Shown here piece by piece: positions 62,975 through 64,000 of a DNA stretch of 64,000 nucleotides. How positions within the stretch are numbered: the first letter of the stretch is position 1; each line of letters starts with the position of its first letter. The notes beneath the pieces are model-generated. The model ran no database searches. It saw only the letters and a list, made by a program, of their open reading frames with translations, and was not told where the DNA came from. Source of the stretch: an uncultured Verrucomicrobiota bacterium (lineage in GTDB: Bacteria > Verrucomicrobiota > Verrucomicrobiia > Limisphaerales > UBA1319); assembly GCA_964458325.1 (NCBI GenBank), contig CAYWIM010000006.1, positions 9,370 through 73,369 on the forward strand. Reading direction: 5' to 3'. Position numbers and translations under genes: made by a program.

Positions 62975-64000
62975 TTACCGTGAGCTCGCCGGCAGATAGC
63001 GCTCGGCGATCTCGAGAGCGATCTGCGTCGCCAATCCCTGTCCATCGAGATTGCAGAGAACGATCACCCAGAGCCGGTCATCGGGAAACCACTGCAGGCT
63101 GGCGGAGAAACCGGAGGTGGACCCGCTGTGCCCGATGTTCCGGCGGCCGCCGTGGGGATCCACGCCCCAGCCCAGCCCGTAGAGCTTCTGGCCGCCATCG
63201 TTGAGCCGGGTGGGCGCCCACATCTCGGTCCGGCTCGATTCGGACAGGACGCTTCCCGTTTCGAGGGCGATCGCCCAGCGCGCCAGATCGAGCACGGTCG
63301 ACGCGACCGCCCCGGCCGAGAAGATCTCGGTCAGATCGGAATCGCGGTTGATCCAGCGGTCGTCCTTGCGCTCGTAGCCGTCGGCCCGCCGCGGGATGAG
63401 GGCGCGCAGGTCGCGGCTGCGAGTGTCGGCCATGCCATGGGGGCCGCAGATCCGCGATTCGAAGGACTGCCAGTAGGGCGCGCCGCCGGCCTCCTCGATG
63501 ATGTAGCCCAGCAGGTTGTAGCCGCTGTTGCAGTATGCAAAGCGGTCTCCGGGCCGGGCTTCGAGCGGATACGCAGCCAGCGTCCGCACAAAATCCTCCC
63601 GGGTCAGGCCTCGAGTGACCTCGAATCCGGGCAGCCCCGTGTAGTTCCGGAGCCCGGACGTGTGGGTGAGGAGATGGCGGACGGTGATGCCTTCCCAGAT
63701 CGGAGGCGCGTTGGTGAAAAAGCGTGTCACGGGATCGTCCAGCCGGATCCGGCCTTCCTCGGCCAGCATCATGACCAGGGCGGCGGTGAACTGCTTGGTG
63801 ACCGATCCGATTTCGAACACGGTCCGCTCGGTGGCGGGGACCCGCCATTCGAGGTTGGCCCAGCCGTAGCCGCGGGCCTTGGCGATCTGACCGTTGCGCA
63901 CCACGGCCAGGGACAACCCCGGGATATGCTTTTGCTCGAGCTGGGCCTGGACCAGCCGGTCGACCCGATCGGCCTGCGTGGCGGCCAACGCCGCCCATCC
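62975..64000 (-). CDS. Serine hydrolase, beta-lactamase class C family (partial at window end)
   Basis: GSVTK (SxxK), LLTHTSG, YCN (YxN), HSG motif; reading frame stays open to position 64000. Confidence 0.9.
   Translation of the reverse strand, partial: GWAALAATQADRVDRLVQAQLEQKHIPGLSLAVVRNGQIAKARGYGWANLEWRVPATERTVFEIGSVTKQFTAALVMMLAEEGRIRLDDPVTRFFTNAPPIWEGITVRHLLTHTSGLRNYTGLPGFEVTRGLTREDFVRTLAAYPLEARPGDRFAYCNSGYNLLGYIIEEAGGAPYWQSFESRICGPHGMADTRSRDLRALIPRRADGYERKDDRWINRDSDLTEIFSAGAVASTVLDLARWAIALETGSVLSESSRTEMWAPTRLNDGGQKLYGLGWGVDPHGGRRNIGHSGSTSGFSASLQWFPDDRLWVIVLCNLDGQGLATQIALEIAERYLPASSR

Noticed and set aside
843-64000. Many long antisense or alternative-frame ORFs (e.g. 843-1928, 4553-6991, 18925-20556, 21353-23371, 44843-46894, 52893-54440)
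   Set aside because: They shadow well-supported genes, lack motifs, and are expected from high GC and codon bias

Overview
GC-rich bacterial window, most likely Verrucomicrobiota (Pedosphaera/Limisphaera-like). This is inferred from the prepilin/H-X9-DG pseudopilin, Tat-exported Gfo/Idh/MocA enzymes, Ig/LamG surface proteins with a shared C-terminal tail, and GTAG-type REPs. I found no rRNA, tRNA or CRISPR array. Both flanks are mostly housekeeping or carbohydrate genes (purC, xer recombinase, aldo/keto reductase, GT2, endonuclease III-like, tilS, xylA-like, lactonase). The left flank also has a 1455-aa double-activase protein with the architecture of anaerobic ether-lipid/plasmalogen synthases (PlsA/Ger). 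The centre (about 13-45 kb) is a sigma54-wired envelope/redox island with three enhancer-binding proteins and five -24/-12 promoters. Module 1 is a histidine kinase plus NtrC-type regulator with a repeated TGGGGA-W4-TYCCCA enhancer palindrome upstream of a coiled-coil/beta-barrel/kinase/beta-propeller operon, a small secreted protein and a surface-tailed pentaheme cytochrome c. Module 2 is two PAS activators (one OrpR-like) beside a Trx-TusA-MvhD-HdrA-HdrA'-wHTH-QmoC-DsrE-DsrE-TrmO operon that lacks HdrB, Apr and hydrogenase genes in this window. An Orange-protein-like NifX/ferredoxin-ATPase cluster follows. Several deletion scars (DUF89, PaaI-MBL, a short stub), an ISAs1 remnant, two REP-like repeat families, a Phd-VapC toxin-antitoxin pair and a candidate nucleotidyltransferase toxin-antitoxin pair are also present. 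All family assignments come from motif recognition by eye; no searches were run.
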